Below, one piece after another: positions 1 through 12,179 of a stretch of DNA of 64,000 nucleotides; position 1 is the stretch's first letter, and the number at the start of each line of letters is the position of its first letter. The notes under the pieces were generated by a model. That model saw nothing but the letters and a program-made list of their open reading frames with translations. It was not told the DNA's origin and made no database searches. A program made the position numbers and the translations under genes. The stretch comes from Squalus acanthias (taxonomy: Eukaryota): NCBI GenBank assembly GCA_030390025.1, contig CM059425.1, positions 173,292,001-173,356,000 on the forward strand. Direction: 5' to 3'.

Positions 1-1418
1 CTGCAGCACCTCATTCTCAGCATTGTTGGCTGTGCAGCTGCCTCAACAACCGTAAGAAGGAGGAGAAGGAGCACTTACTTACAAATCCTGATGGCAGATT
101 GCCGCCCCAGGGAGCGAGTCCACAGGTTTTCCCATGAAGCTTTGGAGGCATTGGCTATAGCGGTGGAGAGAAGGCGCCCGGTCCTGTACCCACCAACTGG
201 CAGGAGGCCCTTGCCACAAGTCTGCTGCACTATGTGGAGGGAGGTGGCACACCACATCACGGACAGCACTGTGGTCCCCAGGACCCACACCCAGTGCAGG
301 AATAACTTTAACAAGCTCACACGGGTGGGCAGGGCGAGCGAAGGCTTCAACAAATGTTACATACCACCATCTGTACTACAAACTTCACACACTGCTCAAT
401 GCACCATACCCTCAGCACTCACCCACCAACAATCTCTACCTACCAAAACTCACACCCACATCTCAAATCTTGCACCCAATGGCAGCTATTCAACTATGGC
501 AGGCACAACGTTCATTAGTTCTTAGAATGCTTGTGATATGTTTATGCATAAATTTATTAATAGAGTTTGACATATATTGTGGCCTCTCTCATTTCACCTT
601 TGCACCCAGGAGGTCGCTGTGATATGGCATGACACAGGGATGTTATGATGGGAATGTGGTGAGCAAAGGGAATCTGGGATTTCATTCATTCAAATCGGAG
701 TCTGAAGAGTCGGTCACGGACCGCCCATCTGGAAGCCCAATTGTCCAGTTGCCTCCTCCCTCCCTCCTGTTCCTCATCTTCTTCCTCCTCGTCTTCTTCC
801 TCCTCGTCTTCTTCCTCCTCCCTCTGCGCACATGCTCCCGTCTTCCTTGTTGCCTCTGTCCCCTCCGCCGTAGAGGGCGAGGTGGACTGCCAGTACAGCC
901 CCTATGACTTTTAGCAAGTGTTGTAGGTTGAATCTTTCAAGAATAAATTTTGCACTTTTCTATTTGCCACAACACTCCTGATACTAAAGGACCTTCAAAT
1001 CACTAAATAAAACTATTGCAGTATCAGGAACTAACACACAGGCACTGAAACTTCACTAACCTGTCAGGTGCGAGTGATTGGGGCTGATCCCTTTAAATAA
1101 CATCCCTAGATGCCAGCTTCCTGGTGCTGCACGCCAGCTGTTCCTGTCGGTGTTTACTCCAGGCGGTGAGGTAAGTGGCAAGAAGCAATTTGGCAGCTCA
1201 GCTGTTCAGTGAGCGTTGCACATTCTCTGACGCCATGATCTCCCTGGCGTTGATGTCCCCAGCGATCACTGTTACTGGCAGCGCTATGGGGGATGGGGGG
1301 GTCCCAATTTAGCGTGCGGCGCTGGATTCGACAGGAGCTGTCGTTACAGCTCTCAACGCCGCATCAGTGCCATCTACTTGCACTTGTGGGTGGCGCTAAG
1401 GGGATTAATTTTTCCCCC
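1..1418 (+). mobile_element. PIF/Harbinger-derived non-autonomous DNA transposon fragment with Myb/SANT-like (MSANTD-type) ORF remnant at ~91-340
   Basis: ORF 91.. RFSHEALEAL...WREVAHHI...RTHTQCRNNFNKL matches the Harbinger Myb/SANT pattern (RFS..L..L / W.EVA / RT..QCRK.FNDL); ends in TIR-like aatttttcccc near 1418. Left boundary is outside or uncertain. Confidence 0.6.
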
Positions 1419-2403
1419 TTTGTATCGGTCTTCACAGAGGATGACACAAAAAACATTCCGGAACTAGTGGGGAACCAGGGGTCTAATGAGAATGAGGAAC
1501 TTAAAGAAATTAGTATTAGTAAAAGAAATAGTACTGACGAAATTAATGGGACTAAAGGCCGACAAATCCCCTGGACCTGATGGCCTACATCCTAGGGTTT
1601 TAAAAGAGGTGACTACAGAGATAGCGGATGCATTGGTTTTGATCTTCCAGAATTCCCTAGATTCTAGAACGGTCCCCGTGGATTGGAAGGTAGCAAATGT
1701 AACCCCGCTACTCAAGAAAGGAGGGAGAGAGAAAACAGGGAACTATAGACCAGTTAGCCTGACATCAGATGTTTGACAAATCTAATAGCGTTTTTTGAGG
1801 TTGTAACTAGCAGGATAGATAAGGGGGAACCAGTAGATGTATATGTTAGCCTTTAATACAAAAGGATTGGAGTGTAAGAGTAAAGAAGTCTTACTACAAT
1901 TTTATAGGGCCTTAGTGAGGCCACACCTGGAGTACTGTATACAGTTCTGGTCTCTTTACCTCGGGAAGGATATACTTGCCTTAGAAGGAGTGCAACAAAG
2001 GTTCACTAGACTGATTCCTGGGATGGGGGGATTGTCCTATGAGGAGAGGTTGAGTAGACTAGGCCTATATTTCCCAGATTTTAGAAGAATGAGAGGTGAT
2101 CTCATTGAAACGTATAAAATTCTTTAGGGGCTTGACAGGGTAAATGCTGGGAGGATGTTTCCCCTGGCTGGAGAGTCTAGAACCAGGGGGCATAGTCTCA
2201 GAATAACGGGTCACCCATTTAGGACTGAGATGAGGAGAAATTTCTTCACTCAGAGGGTGGTGAATCTTTGGAATTCTCTACCCCAGTGGGTTGTGGATGC
2301 TCAGTCATTGAGTATAATCAAGACAGAGATAAATAGATTTTTGGACTCTAGGGGAATCAAGGGATATGGGGATAGTGCGGGAAGGTGGAGATGAGGTAGA
2401 AGA
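1419..2403 (+). mobile_element. CR1 LINE fragment, internally deleted ORF2; 3' UTR continues at 9481-9563 after the ERV insertion
   Basis: KSPGPDGLHPRVLKE, NYRPVSLTS, RPHLEYC, TRGHSLRI and FFTQRVVNLWNSLP motifs; 3' UTR and tail (ttcttatgttctta) resume at 9481. Confidence 0.92.
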
Positions 2404-3129
2404 TGTAAGACGTTCTGATTGTCTGACAGTTTATAGAGTTCAGACTCGTGGAACAGACAACACAAAACCCAATCAATCTGTGAAACTTCTTTTACTTAAA
2501 AATCAACAAGAGGTTACAAGTAATTACCAGAATACAAACTGTACTCAATCCATGTACTTATCACAAGCAAGCATCTAAAATCATTTACTTTAAGCTCAGG
2601 TGATTATAAGCAAAACCACATACAAATTATTCACCAGATGAGAGGTCAATTCAACGATGAACTAGACGTATGGCTAACTTTAACTGGCAACTGATCAGGT
2701 TACCATCGACTATAGCCCCCACTGCAGTACCGAATGTTTTGGAACAGTACCTTTTATACCCCAAAATTTGGCAACCCTCCCACTGCGTACGTGTCCCTAA
2801 CTATACGGCATAATGGTCTGCAGTTGTTTCCCAGACCCTCTTATCACTAGTCCGTTAGCCAACTGTGGGCCTTCAAGGCTAGGTACATTCCATAGTCTGA
2901 AGATGTTTCTGTTATTGCACTGATTTCACGGTCAATAGTCTATTCCCACAGAACTTCAATAAGCCTGTTTTCCATATCTGTTGAAAGACAATTGGCAGCT
3001 TTTACAGCTTACAAGTCAAACAGTTTATTTTGCAAAGTTCTCACAGCAACCAGTCTTCATCCTTGCGAAGCATTATGGTAAAATTTGGTTACTTTTAGAT
3101 TCAATCAAGTTTACCATGACAGTGTTACA
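2404..3129 (-). repeat. 3' LTR of the minus-strand ERV
   Basis: Direct repeat of 8755-9480 (about 10 differences by eye); preceded on the minus strand by purine-rich GAGGGTGGATAATA (PPT-like, ~3130-3143). Confidence 0.95.
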
Positions 3130-5666
3130 TATTATCCACCCTCAAGTGTCTGAACCTGAATTTAAAGTCACAGACACTTATGTCGTCATCGTCGTCATCC
3201 TCTTCTTTCCGGATCTTCTGTAACAGCTTGACCAATGCTTGCTGCTTGTGGCGTCTGTTGACTCGACAAGTTATTATTAATAAGTATAACACAATCACCA
3301 ACTGAACAACAACTAAAATGTGGGAGGTAATTCTTATCCAGGGGTGAACCTCGATATTCCTATCGATATCCCACCAAGGTGAATCATCCCCAATAGATAT
3401 TTCTTCGCGTAGGTTCCAGTTTTTCTGGGCCAGGGTATAAAAGTGCTTTTGAGACTGACTAACGCATTTCATTAACTCTACTAGGTGTTCTAGTAGGGGT
3501 GGAATGTCATAGCCGAATCGAGTCACATACTGGTGTAATTGCTCTTTTAATTTATCTTCTACAGCGATATCTACTTGCCTATGCGAATAAATGCTTCATA
3601 AAACCCGCGCCCCAAGTCTTACAGGTTGGACTGGGGTAAAGCAAAAAGTTCCCGCCGCAATGGGACAAGTCAGGTTGTTACCAGACTGGTATTCCCAGTG
3701 TATGGTGGTGACACAATACTCACCTTTCCCTCGGTACACAGATTGTACAGGGAAACGCTTTCCTACAACTACTTTCATGGTGCAGTTCCATTCTATCCCA
3801 TCCCAATCAAATCCACATGCAGGTGCTACGTGTTCTACCAGGTCATAATGGCAGATGAATGTACCCCGAGTTTGAGCACACCCGGTAAGATCTGGGGCCA
3901 CCCAAGTGGTCCCATCCACCCGGGTCACATACTGCAGGGGTTCGTCATACCTTATTAAGTCATCTCCCTGGAGTATTCCTATATTCTCCACGCGGAATAG
4001 AGGATTTGGGGTTGCCTTTTCGTCCAGGATGGGATAATACAATACCATCCCTAATAAGGTGATGTCATTCTGTTCCTGCTAATGGCATTCATGTTTCACC
4101 GGGTACACCTGTACCAACCCCCTGACTTGGCACATATTCATGGTAAATTGATAAGTGGACATTGCCCTCAGATGTCGATCAGTCACCCACAAGGGAAGTT
4201 TCCCTTAAGCAATGCTCTGCAGGTTTTCACGGGCTTGTTCCACTAGCCAAGATCCATACATTACACACACATCATTTTGCGCGACCTCACTAGAGGCATT
4301 CAGATTCTCCTTTAAAATTTGATTTATCTTTTTAGCATGGGATTCTAAATGTTTAACCATGTCCTGCAGATGAATGGTTTGGAATAGGAGGAATTAAAGG
4401 AGGACCAAATTATGACCATTCATTTTGTTCAAAATTTCCCTTAAACGATTTCTAACTGCCTTTACAGATTGATCCAAATTAACCAAATCAAGTGTATTAA
4501 CGAGGGAGGTTTCCGGTATTAAAAACAGTTGCTACATCATTTATCAGACCCAGTCGCCTTCTGACACAGTCCTCTTTAATCCCGTAATTGACATTATTTT
4601 CTTCAATGATCTCGGTACTATTTTCTCCCAAGGTATCGTTAAATCCATTACCATCTCCTGAACCCTTGCGATATAATGGCTCTAATTCCAATTCCGCCAG
4701 TGTTGTGCTGGCCCTTTCCCAAAATCCCCCTATTAATTCCTGCATCACCCCCCCATATAACAGTGCTGTTTCTGGTTTGCACCAGTTCGGTATTCCCACC
4801 TCGGTCAGATTTAGTATCACAGGCACCACCTCTTGATGTAGATCATGGTACAATATTATCCGAGTTGGGATTACCACTAACCCATTTGTTGGTCCCGGGG
4901 TGTGTTTGGGACAGACAACCCGGGTTTCCTGTTGTTCTTCCCGCGATTGTGTTTTATTCGTAGGGGGAAGGGGGGCAAGTTTAGGATGGACTTTCAATTC
5001 CACCGTGTGTATTATTCCGTTTTCACATTCCTGCACATGATAATGTGTGCAACGCTTCGAACCCCTGCATGGCCTTCCCTCCCCGTCCACGAACCATTGG
5101 TAGGGACCCCTGTCATCTATTCCATGCACTTGAATACTTTTCCCGCCTATCCAATGGACGGGAGCGCCACAAAGCGGCTCTGCGGATAGAAAACTATGGT
5201 TTGATAGCTTCCCCGAAGGGTTTATGCATCCATAGATTCCCTCATGTTCCTGCCACCACCATGGCCAACATAACAGAGTGTCTCCCGCTGCTCGGGATTG
5301 GGTCGGGCTTCCTACATTCCCCAAGGGTTCCCTATCTGATAATGCTTTTGAATGGTTATCTTGTTCTGCTTGTAAAATCCACACCCTTGGCCTGGTGGGG
5401 TGATCATTGAATTTTATGCATACCCTCCCTACCTTCCTGGACCTCATCAGTGGTAACCCATACTGTCCCTGAACACACGGTTTTGCAATCACCCTTGATG
5501 TACTGGAGGGTAATGTTTCAAGTGGTGTCCCGAGGTGGTGTCTCCAGGGCAACTGCAATCAAACTATTATAGGGAAAATAGTGTTGGTCCAGTATGCCGA
5601 ATAGGCTGATGTGGAATCTTCGAGATAGAGCAGAATCCCAATCATTGGCCAGAATAATTCTTTCAT
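3125..5666 (-). pseudogene. env: env pseudogene (Ig-like domain plus F-like fusion protein), disrupted by stops and frameshifts
   Basis: Fragments CPKHTPGPTNGLVVIPT..VILNLTEVGIPNWC, RRRLGLINDVATVFNTG, FRVENIGILQG, YCVTT and HFYTLAQK..PWW..SHILVVVQLVIVLYLL align by eye with the Env at 24790-27300. Putative start MKELFWPMIGILLYL at 5666; in-frame TGA at 5559-5561; frameshifts near 4500 and 3590. Confidence 0.9.
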
Positions 5667-5779
5667 TTTATATAGTTCAGGCTCTCAATACTGATGTTTT
5701 TTTAAAAAACAAAGCAAAACGGGACTTCCTACTTTTCTTTTTCCTGTATAGGGCAATTTTCGACTTTAAGGGTGTTTTT

Positions 5780-6775
5780 TAATTTCTTTTACTGCGTCGT
5801 GGGGTAGGAGGGGTCTGTTGGACTCGTCTGTGGACAGGAGTTGATTCCAGACCTGGGGCAAGGAGGTTTCTACAGCTCCCATGTCCTGTCCACCTTCATT
5901 TGAATCCTACTGTACCTGAGGAGGCGCCACTTCAGGGAAGGGCGCCTCATTGGGTGGGGGTGTCCCATTAGGCACCCCTTCTTCATCATCCCATTGGAGC
6001 GGATGATTCAGTCTCACCATGCTCATAATCGTGGCTTGCTATCTTCTTGACCTGCTTGTGGGCTGAAAAAGCTTTATCTGGTTAATGTGAAACCATTTGA
6101 TTTTCTTAGGTTACTGAACCGCGTATACCATAGGACAAGCTTTATCAACAATGTTATACGATCCCGTGTAGAGGCGTTCGAAAACTCCCACCCTCACATA
6201 GTTTCATACCATTACCTGGCTCTCTACCTCCCACTCCTGGGGTTTACTCGGGGCCAGGTGTAATCGGTTGCGTTGGTCTGCCTTCCCAATGTTGTGGGTG
6301 GCCCTCAAGTTCAGTTCCTTTAATGTTCCCCACAGGTCACTCAGGAATTTGCCCCGAGTCACCTCTTTAATTTGTTTATCAGTCAGAGTGGGGACCAACA
6401 GGTGTGTGGGGGTTCATGAGACGAGTGACCCGTTCCTTTGGATTTGTTACTACGTATCCCCATAAGGATTAGGGGAAGTACCTCATCCCACTTAGTGTGT
6501 TGTTCGTTTAATTCCTGTCACAGGGCCAACTTCAACGTACGGTTCATTCTTTCCACAATTCCCGATGATTATGGGTTGTGGGTCACATGCCATTTCCTTT
6601 CAATTCCAAGCAGTTTCAGAGTGGTTTACATTACCTGATCTGTGAAATTACTTCCGTGGTCTGACTCTACCACAGCTGGAGAATACCTCTCTAACTAGGG
6701 TCTTGGCCATCCATGAGGCTGTGGCCGACTTGCATGGGAAGACTTCTACCCACCTGGTAATCTTGCACCATCAAC
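5780..6775 (-). pseudogene. pol: pol remnant: integrase core, GPY/F-like region and C-terminal tail
   Basis: Minus strand reads WVEVFPC, ESDHGSNFT, SSGIVERMNRTLK, WDEVLPLILMGIR and YNIVDKACPMVYAV..KWFHINQ, with several stops and frameshifts. PR, RT and RNase H are absent. Confidence 0.88.
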
Positions 6776-8121
6776 ACTCATCTGGCCCCCTGCTTAAAAG
6801 AAAAAACAGACAATCCATTGTGGCTTGCCTAGCGCCCAATGGGTTAATTCGTCAATTTCTGATTCCCTTCCGTCACTGTGGGGAAATATTCACTTAAAAT
6901 TAAGAAACTTAAATTTAATAATGTCCAATATCTTTAAATTTCATTCAGTTGTTGTGTGGTGAATTCAAAGAAAACCAGCTGTCAGCGGAAAGGGTTAACT
7001 CCTTTGCAGGTTTGTAAGAAGGTGGAGCAAATTGTCAGACGCAAGCAATTGCGTTCCTTCACGTAAATCTTAAAAAAACTTTCCCGATCGAAAAAGACAG
7101 TTTGGTTTCAAAATTAAATTTTTCAAACGAAGACAAACCCAGATACCATCAATCAATGTCAACTTGTGTCACACAGCTTCTTGCAGCTTTCAGGTAAATT
7201 TAAAACAAAATCTTTGTGCCTTTAAAATTGTGTTACTACTACAATCATTTTGTAAAACAACTCCACATACACAAAACAGCATTTCTATTTTTTTCCCTGG
7301 TCACTCACACTTGAAATTGGTCAGAAATGTCAAAAATACCAATTGTTGTGATTGCCTCATGTCCGGAACTAGAGGCTTTTGCACATTTTACACCAACCAG
7401 AATTTCACCGTGGCCACAATAAAAGTCTGGTTTAAAGAGGTTAATTAACCTCAATAACTCCAATTCAATTCAAACCAATATTCCAAACTAACCAGTACCG
7501 CTTGAAAAGAAACAATCATACAAGTTTTTTCAGACAACACTACACAAAGTAGAGAAGGGGCAGAACCTTTCCTTTTCTCCTTTCATTTTTTCACCATAGG
7601 CTACTTGGCAAAAACTTAGAAAGTAGACGTCTCGGACTTGCAGTAACCAAATTAAGAAGACAGTGCTTTGTAAACGTTCAAATTGATTTAAAATAAAATC
7701 AAACAATTAAAACAAGATACTTTCAAAAATCCAAACTCATTTCTACCAGACACGATTAGAAACCAAGGCAACCGTAACTTCAAGGCTGAAGTTTATCTTT
7801 TGTAAAACAAACTGCTTCTGATTTACAGTTTGCTGTACAACCCATCCCAGTCAAAATATATCCACAGCAGTGTCTTTAACTTAAACTGCAAATCACAAAG
7901 TTTCTCCCACTTCTAGCTGCACAATCTTAAATTGAAATGAACATATTTAACATATCCACACTTTAACACACACTTTCACACAAACTGAAATTCCAGCATT
8001 CCTTAACGTTCCTTTCACTCGGCAATCTTGTGTTTTATTTTTCTCGGCACAGAAACTAGCTTCAGTGTTGCCAAAACTTTTTTAAGTTTCTTTTTTCCTT
8101 CTTTTAAATTGTCTCAGCAAC

Positions 8122-8701
8122 TTATTCCCTAATTCCCTGTTTTTTTACCTTCCTTTGCTGAGTTTTCAGATTGGTTAGTCTGCAACTTAGATCTTTTTCC
8201 CTCTTTATCTCCCACTCCTTAATCCGCTTATTACATTCAGTGTGGTCCCCACGAGCACTCCGTTCCTCTAGAGCCTGTTTCTGGGTTACCCTAAATGCAA
8301 CCTTCAGGTCCTCATTGATCTTTCCTGCCTGCTCTGATCGATGTCCCTGTTTGGATAGTTCTTTTGACAAGGCATCACACTGATTCTGATTATTTATACA
8401 CTGGCTCTCGAGTTGTTGTTCTTTATTACACCACCTCTCCTCCTGTTCCAACTTTTCCTCGAGCCTATTTCTACGTTCCCTTTCTACTTCTGTTTCTTTC
8501 CTTAACTTGATCTTTACCCTTTCATAAGATTTAACCTGCCTCTGACAGGCCAATAAACAAATGGATTTCCTTAACCTTTTCTGACACGTGGACCCACTGT
8601 TCAGCCCTCGATACAGGATCATCACCATCTATAATGACCCGTACCCACCCCTCCCTGAGGGGTAACTTCCCCGTCACATATTTCGTGACTAACTCATCTA
8701 T
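8122..8701 (-). pseudogene. gag: Truncated gag (N-terminal and coiled-coil region)
   Basis: IDELVTKYVTGKLPLREGWV..DPVSRAEQW aligns with MQEKIADYVFGKVNLTKKWI..SPLEAAERW of the intact Gag; ALEERSARGDHTECNKRI aligns with ALEDKFQGADHSACEKEI. Start codon appears mutated to ATA (8701-8699); one frameshift. Confidence 0.82.
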
Positions 8702-8729
8702 TGTCTTAGCCTTTGTTTGTTCCGAACGG

Positions 8730-8747
8730 GTCCCTGTTCGGGCGCCA
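8730..8747 (-). promoter_or_regulatory. Primer-binding site, tRNA-Lys3(UUU)
   Basis: Minus strand TGGCGCCCGAACAGGGAC is the canonical Lys3 PBS (as in HIV-1); it starts 7 nt from the LTR end. Confidence 0.95.
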
Positions 8748-8754
8748 GAATATC

Positions 8755-9480
8755 TGTAAGACGTTCTGATTGTCTGACAGTTTATAGAGTTCAGACTCGT
8801 GGAACAGACAACACAAAACCCAATCAATCTGTGAAACTTCTTTTACTTAAAAATCAACAAGAGGTTACAAGTAATTACCAGAATACAAACTGTACTCAAT
8901 CCATGTACTTATCACAAGCAAGCACTTAAAACCATTTACTTTAAGCTCAGGTGATTATAAGCAAAACCACATACAAATTATTCACCAGATGAGAGGTCAA
9001 TTCAACGATAAACTAGACGTATGGCTAACTTTAACTGGCAACTGATCAGGTTACCATCGACTATAGCCCCCACTGCAGTACCGAATGTTTTGAAACAGTA
9101 CCTTTTATACCCCAAAATTTGGCAACCCTCCCACTGCGTACGTGTCCCTAACTATACGGCATAATGGTCTGCAGTTGTTTCCCAGACCCTCTTATCACTA
9201 GTCCGGTAGCCAACTGTGGGCCTTCAAGGCTAGGTACATTCCATAGTCTGAAGATGTTTCTGTTATTGCACTGATTTCACGGTCAATAGTCTATTCCCAC
9301 AGAACTTCAATAAGCTTGTTTTCCATATCTGTTGAAAGACAATTGGCAGCTTTTACAGCTTACAAGTCAAACAGTTTATTTTGCAAAGTTCTCACAGCAA
9401 CCAGTCTTCATCCTCGCGAAGCATGATGGTAAAATTTGGTTACTTTTAGATTCAGTCAAGTTTACCATGACAGTGTTACA
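8755..9480 (-). repeat. 5' LTR of the minus-strand ERV
   Basis: Direct repeat of 2404-3129; adjacent PBS; minus-strand TATAAAA at ~9103-9109. Confidence 0.95.
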
Positions 9481-9986
9481 AAGATCAGCCCTGAACTTAT
9501 TAAATGGTGGAACAGGCTCGAGGGGCCAAATGGCCTGCTTATGCTTCTATTTCTTATGTTCTTAAAATGACAAAGCATATTTTAGATAGCCAACAACTGA
9601 ATATGAGCCAGAAAAAACCCTTTCTTGTCAGAGCCCCACAATCAATCTGCACATCAGTCTAGATCAGATTTAAAGACCACTCATTCGTTCTATTATGTCA
9701 CCTAGATTTGAATATGTGTATGTGTTGTTCTGACAGGCACTCAGTGTCAGCAATGCCCAGATAATAAGAATATAATCAGTCACCATTTGCGTGGGGACAG
9801 ATATTTCTAAAGAAAGCATCACTCACAAAAGGTCATTACACTTACAGTTCTAAGAAAATTCACAATTAATCCAGTTGAAATATTCCCCTTACTACCACCA
9901 AAAGAAACAAAAACAAGTATTAGACAACTGATTTAATGAAAAAAGGCAACTTATTAAGCTATTAACATGCAAATGCTAACATATTT

Positions 9987-12160
9987 GGCCAGAATTTTCT
10001 GGGGTGTCAGTGGGCGGGATCAGTGGCAGGTCGGGTGGGAAAGTGTTTTTTTTTGACAGCGGGTCAGGAACTCGCTGTCAACCCACCACAACGTGCCTTT
10101 CCCAATGCCGGGTCTGTCAGCGCTGAGCAGACCCGACAGGCAGTGGCAGGTGACCCAATTAAACTAATTATAATGTACTTACCAAACCTTTAACAGGCTT
10201 TTTTACCTTACTTTTTAACTTTAACTTCATGGCCACAGGAATCACGCTGTTCGGTGACCACGTCTGTCAACCTGAGGCGGGAGTTCCGTGGCCATTGCTC
10301 CAGCTGATTCCTTGACCGCTTGAAATGTACAGTAAAAACTCCCACCTGACAGAGATCACTTTCCTCAGCCACAAGCTGTTCCTCACTGTATCTCCACAAC
10401 AGATTCAGAATGCTGCCAGTCTTTCCACAAGTCTCCATCCAGTTTCACCTCATTACCTCACACACCATTGACAGATCGCTTCTGTCATCTGTACTTGATC
10501 GGCCATCTATTCCATCAGCATGGGGAGCCCTTTATACTGTCGCACCTTGGTCCTTAGAATCGGACCATGATGAGCCCCAACACCAGCAGGCACACCAGCA
10601 GCACCAACAACAACAACAACCTTCTCCGCAATCACCTGCTGCTGCACAGGACACAGGGGGAGCAAAATTGGGTCGCACCCCAAAAAAGTTAGCGCCCCCG
10701 CGCCCAAAATTCACTGATAGCGCCCCAAGAGGGAGGCAGGGCGCTACTGGAAGCGCCCCACCTTGCTCTTGGGGCGCTGTGAGTGAATATCACGGTGCTA
10801 CGCGCCGCAGTGCCACGTGTTGCGGTACGTCGTGCCGTGGTACTGCAGGCCTTTCTCCCTTATTAAAGGGGAGGGGCCTAGCGCAGCGCAACCCGGGGCC
10901 CAGCTGAGCCATCACGAATCGGAGTGCCGGCTTCACAGGAGGCTGGGGACGGCAACGGGGGCAGGTGTTGGCAGGCGGCCAGCAACCAAAATGGCTGCCC
11001 GGCACCGCCCCTTTAATTTGTGCTGGCCCGGCCGCAGGTAGGCCACCCTGACCCTGTCGGTCATAGCGTCCGGCGGTAAGTCAGGGGGCGCTACCGAAGA
11101 TTGCGGCCGGGGTGCAAGCGGGGCGCTGCGCACGGCGATGATTTCATCACCGGAGGCACAGTGCTGCGGGGCGCTAACGGGAGACGCAAATCAACCGAAT
11201 TTTTCCCCCAGGGCATCAGCACCCGAGCACATTGCTGCCTGGGAGGCCAGGGATGGCCTTATCATGGCCAGATTTACTTCACTTGACGCTGTACACCCTG
11301 GCTGCCACATGATGCGTCAGGTTGGCACCACCCCGCACCAACACCATAAAGCATCCCTACAATGCCCAAGCCATTCCTTTCACACTCATCGCCATTGCAG
11401 GGGGTACCGTTATGTCTCACCATTCACTGCAACTCACTAAGCCACTTCCAAAGGTGCACACAAATCTGTCCAAGAACACAAAGTGTTGAAAATAAAGATT
11501 TCAATGTTTGACAGCACATTAATAGAAACTTTACATAAACATTGGATAAAACACCCAAGAGGCTACCCTTGTGTGTTGTTAGTTGGTATGATTGCACTAG
11601 GATGAGGGTGAGTGTGAGGGGTGGCTAGTAAGATGGGGAGGTGTAAGGTAAGTTGGTGTGAGTAAGGATGTGCAGGGGTAGGGTAGGGAAGGCAGAGTGA
11701 TGGGAATGTGATGAGAGGCACAGCAGGATGAGGTTGAGTGTGGCTTTTTACTAATGTTTCGTGATCTACTGAGACCATTGAAAGGTTTGCGCTACTGCAC
11801 TCAGGTCCTCCTGACCACATCCCTGTTTGTGCCCTCCTGTGCAAAGTGCAACCAGGCTGTGTTGGTCTCCTGGGGAGGTCTCTTCCACTCATCGGAAGGG
11901 AAGAGGACCTCCCTGCGTGCTGTGACTCCCTCCATAAGCATATGGAGGGAGTCATGGGAGAGCCTGGGTGCAGCTGTGCGCCTCTGTGCAGTGCTTATCA
12001 GTGTTTGCAGCACCTCTATGAATGACGTCACAAGACCCGCTTCCTCTAATTGGCCCGGGAAACGCCCGGCTTAACAAGCTCGATCAACATAAAATTCATT
12101 TTAGACACGGGACACATCGTACACGTTCAGAGTTCCCTACTGGCCAGGAAAATCTGAGTT
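9987..12160. mobile_element. Degenerate PIF/Harbinger-derived element with Myb/SANT-like ORF remnant (~11760-11990, minus strand)
   Basis: TIR-like ggccagaattttc start; ORF 11801-12031 PRLSHDSLHMLMEGVTARREVLFP..AWL..VVRRT is a Myb/SANT-like remnant. Boundaries approximate. Confidence 0.55.
10657..11208. mobile_element. GC-rich MITE, Harbinger-type, same family as 32285-32951 in opposite orientation
   Basis: Imperfect GGGG..AAAATT / AATTTTTCCCC TIRs, probable 3-bp TSD CAG, internal homology to 32285-32951. Confidence 0.7.
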
Positions 12161-12179
12161 CCAGCCAGGCAGTATAACT

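Larger units (their letters stand above)
2404..9480 (-). mobile_element. Defective env-bearing LTR retroelement/ERV (lokiretrovirus-like, tRNA-Lys3 primed)
   Basis: Two 726-bp TG...CA LTRs (2404-3129, 8755-9480), 4-bp TSD AAGA (2400-2403 / 9481-9484), PBS at 8730-8747, and gag, integrase and env remnants homologous to the intact element at 16679-29336. Confidence 0.93.

Noticed and set aside
91..525. Myb/SANT ORF as a domesticated host gene
   Set aside because: Several decayed paralogues and Harbinger transposase remnants in the window indicate transposon debris.
10410..11440. GC-rich ORFs here and at 32461-32948 as genes or CpG-island promoters
   Set aside because: They lie within two copies of a TIR/TSD-bounded MITE and reflect low stop-codon density.
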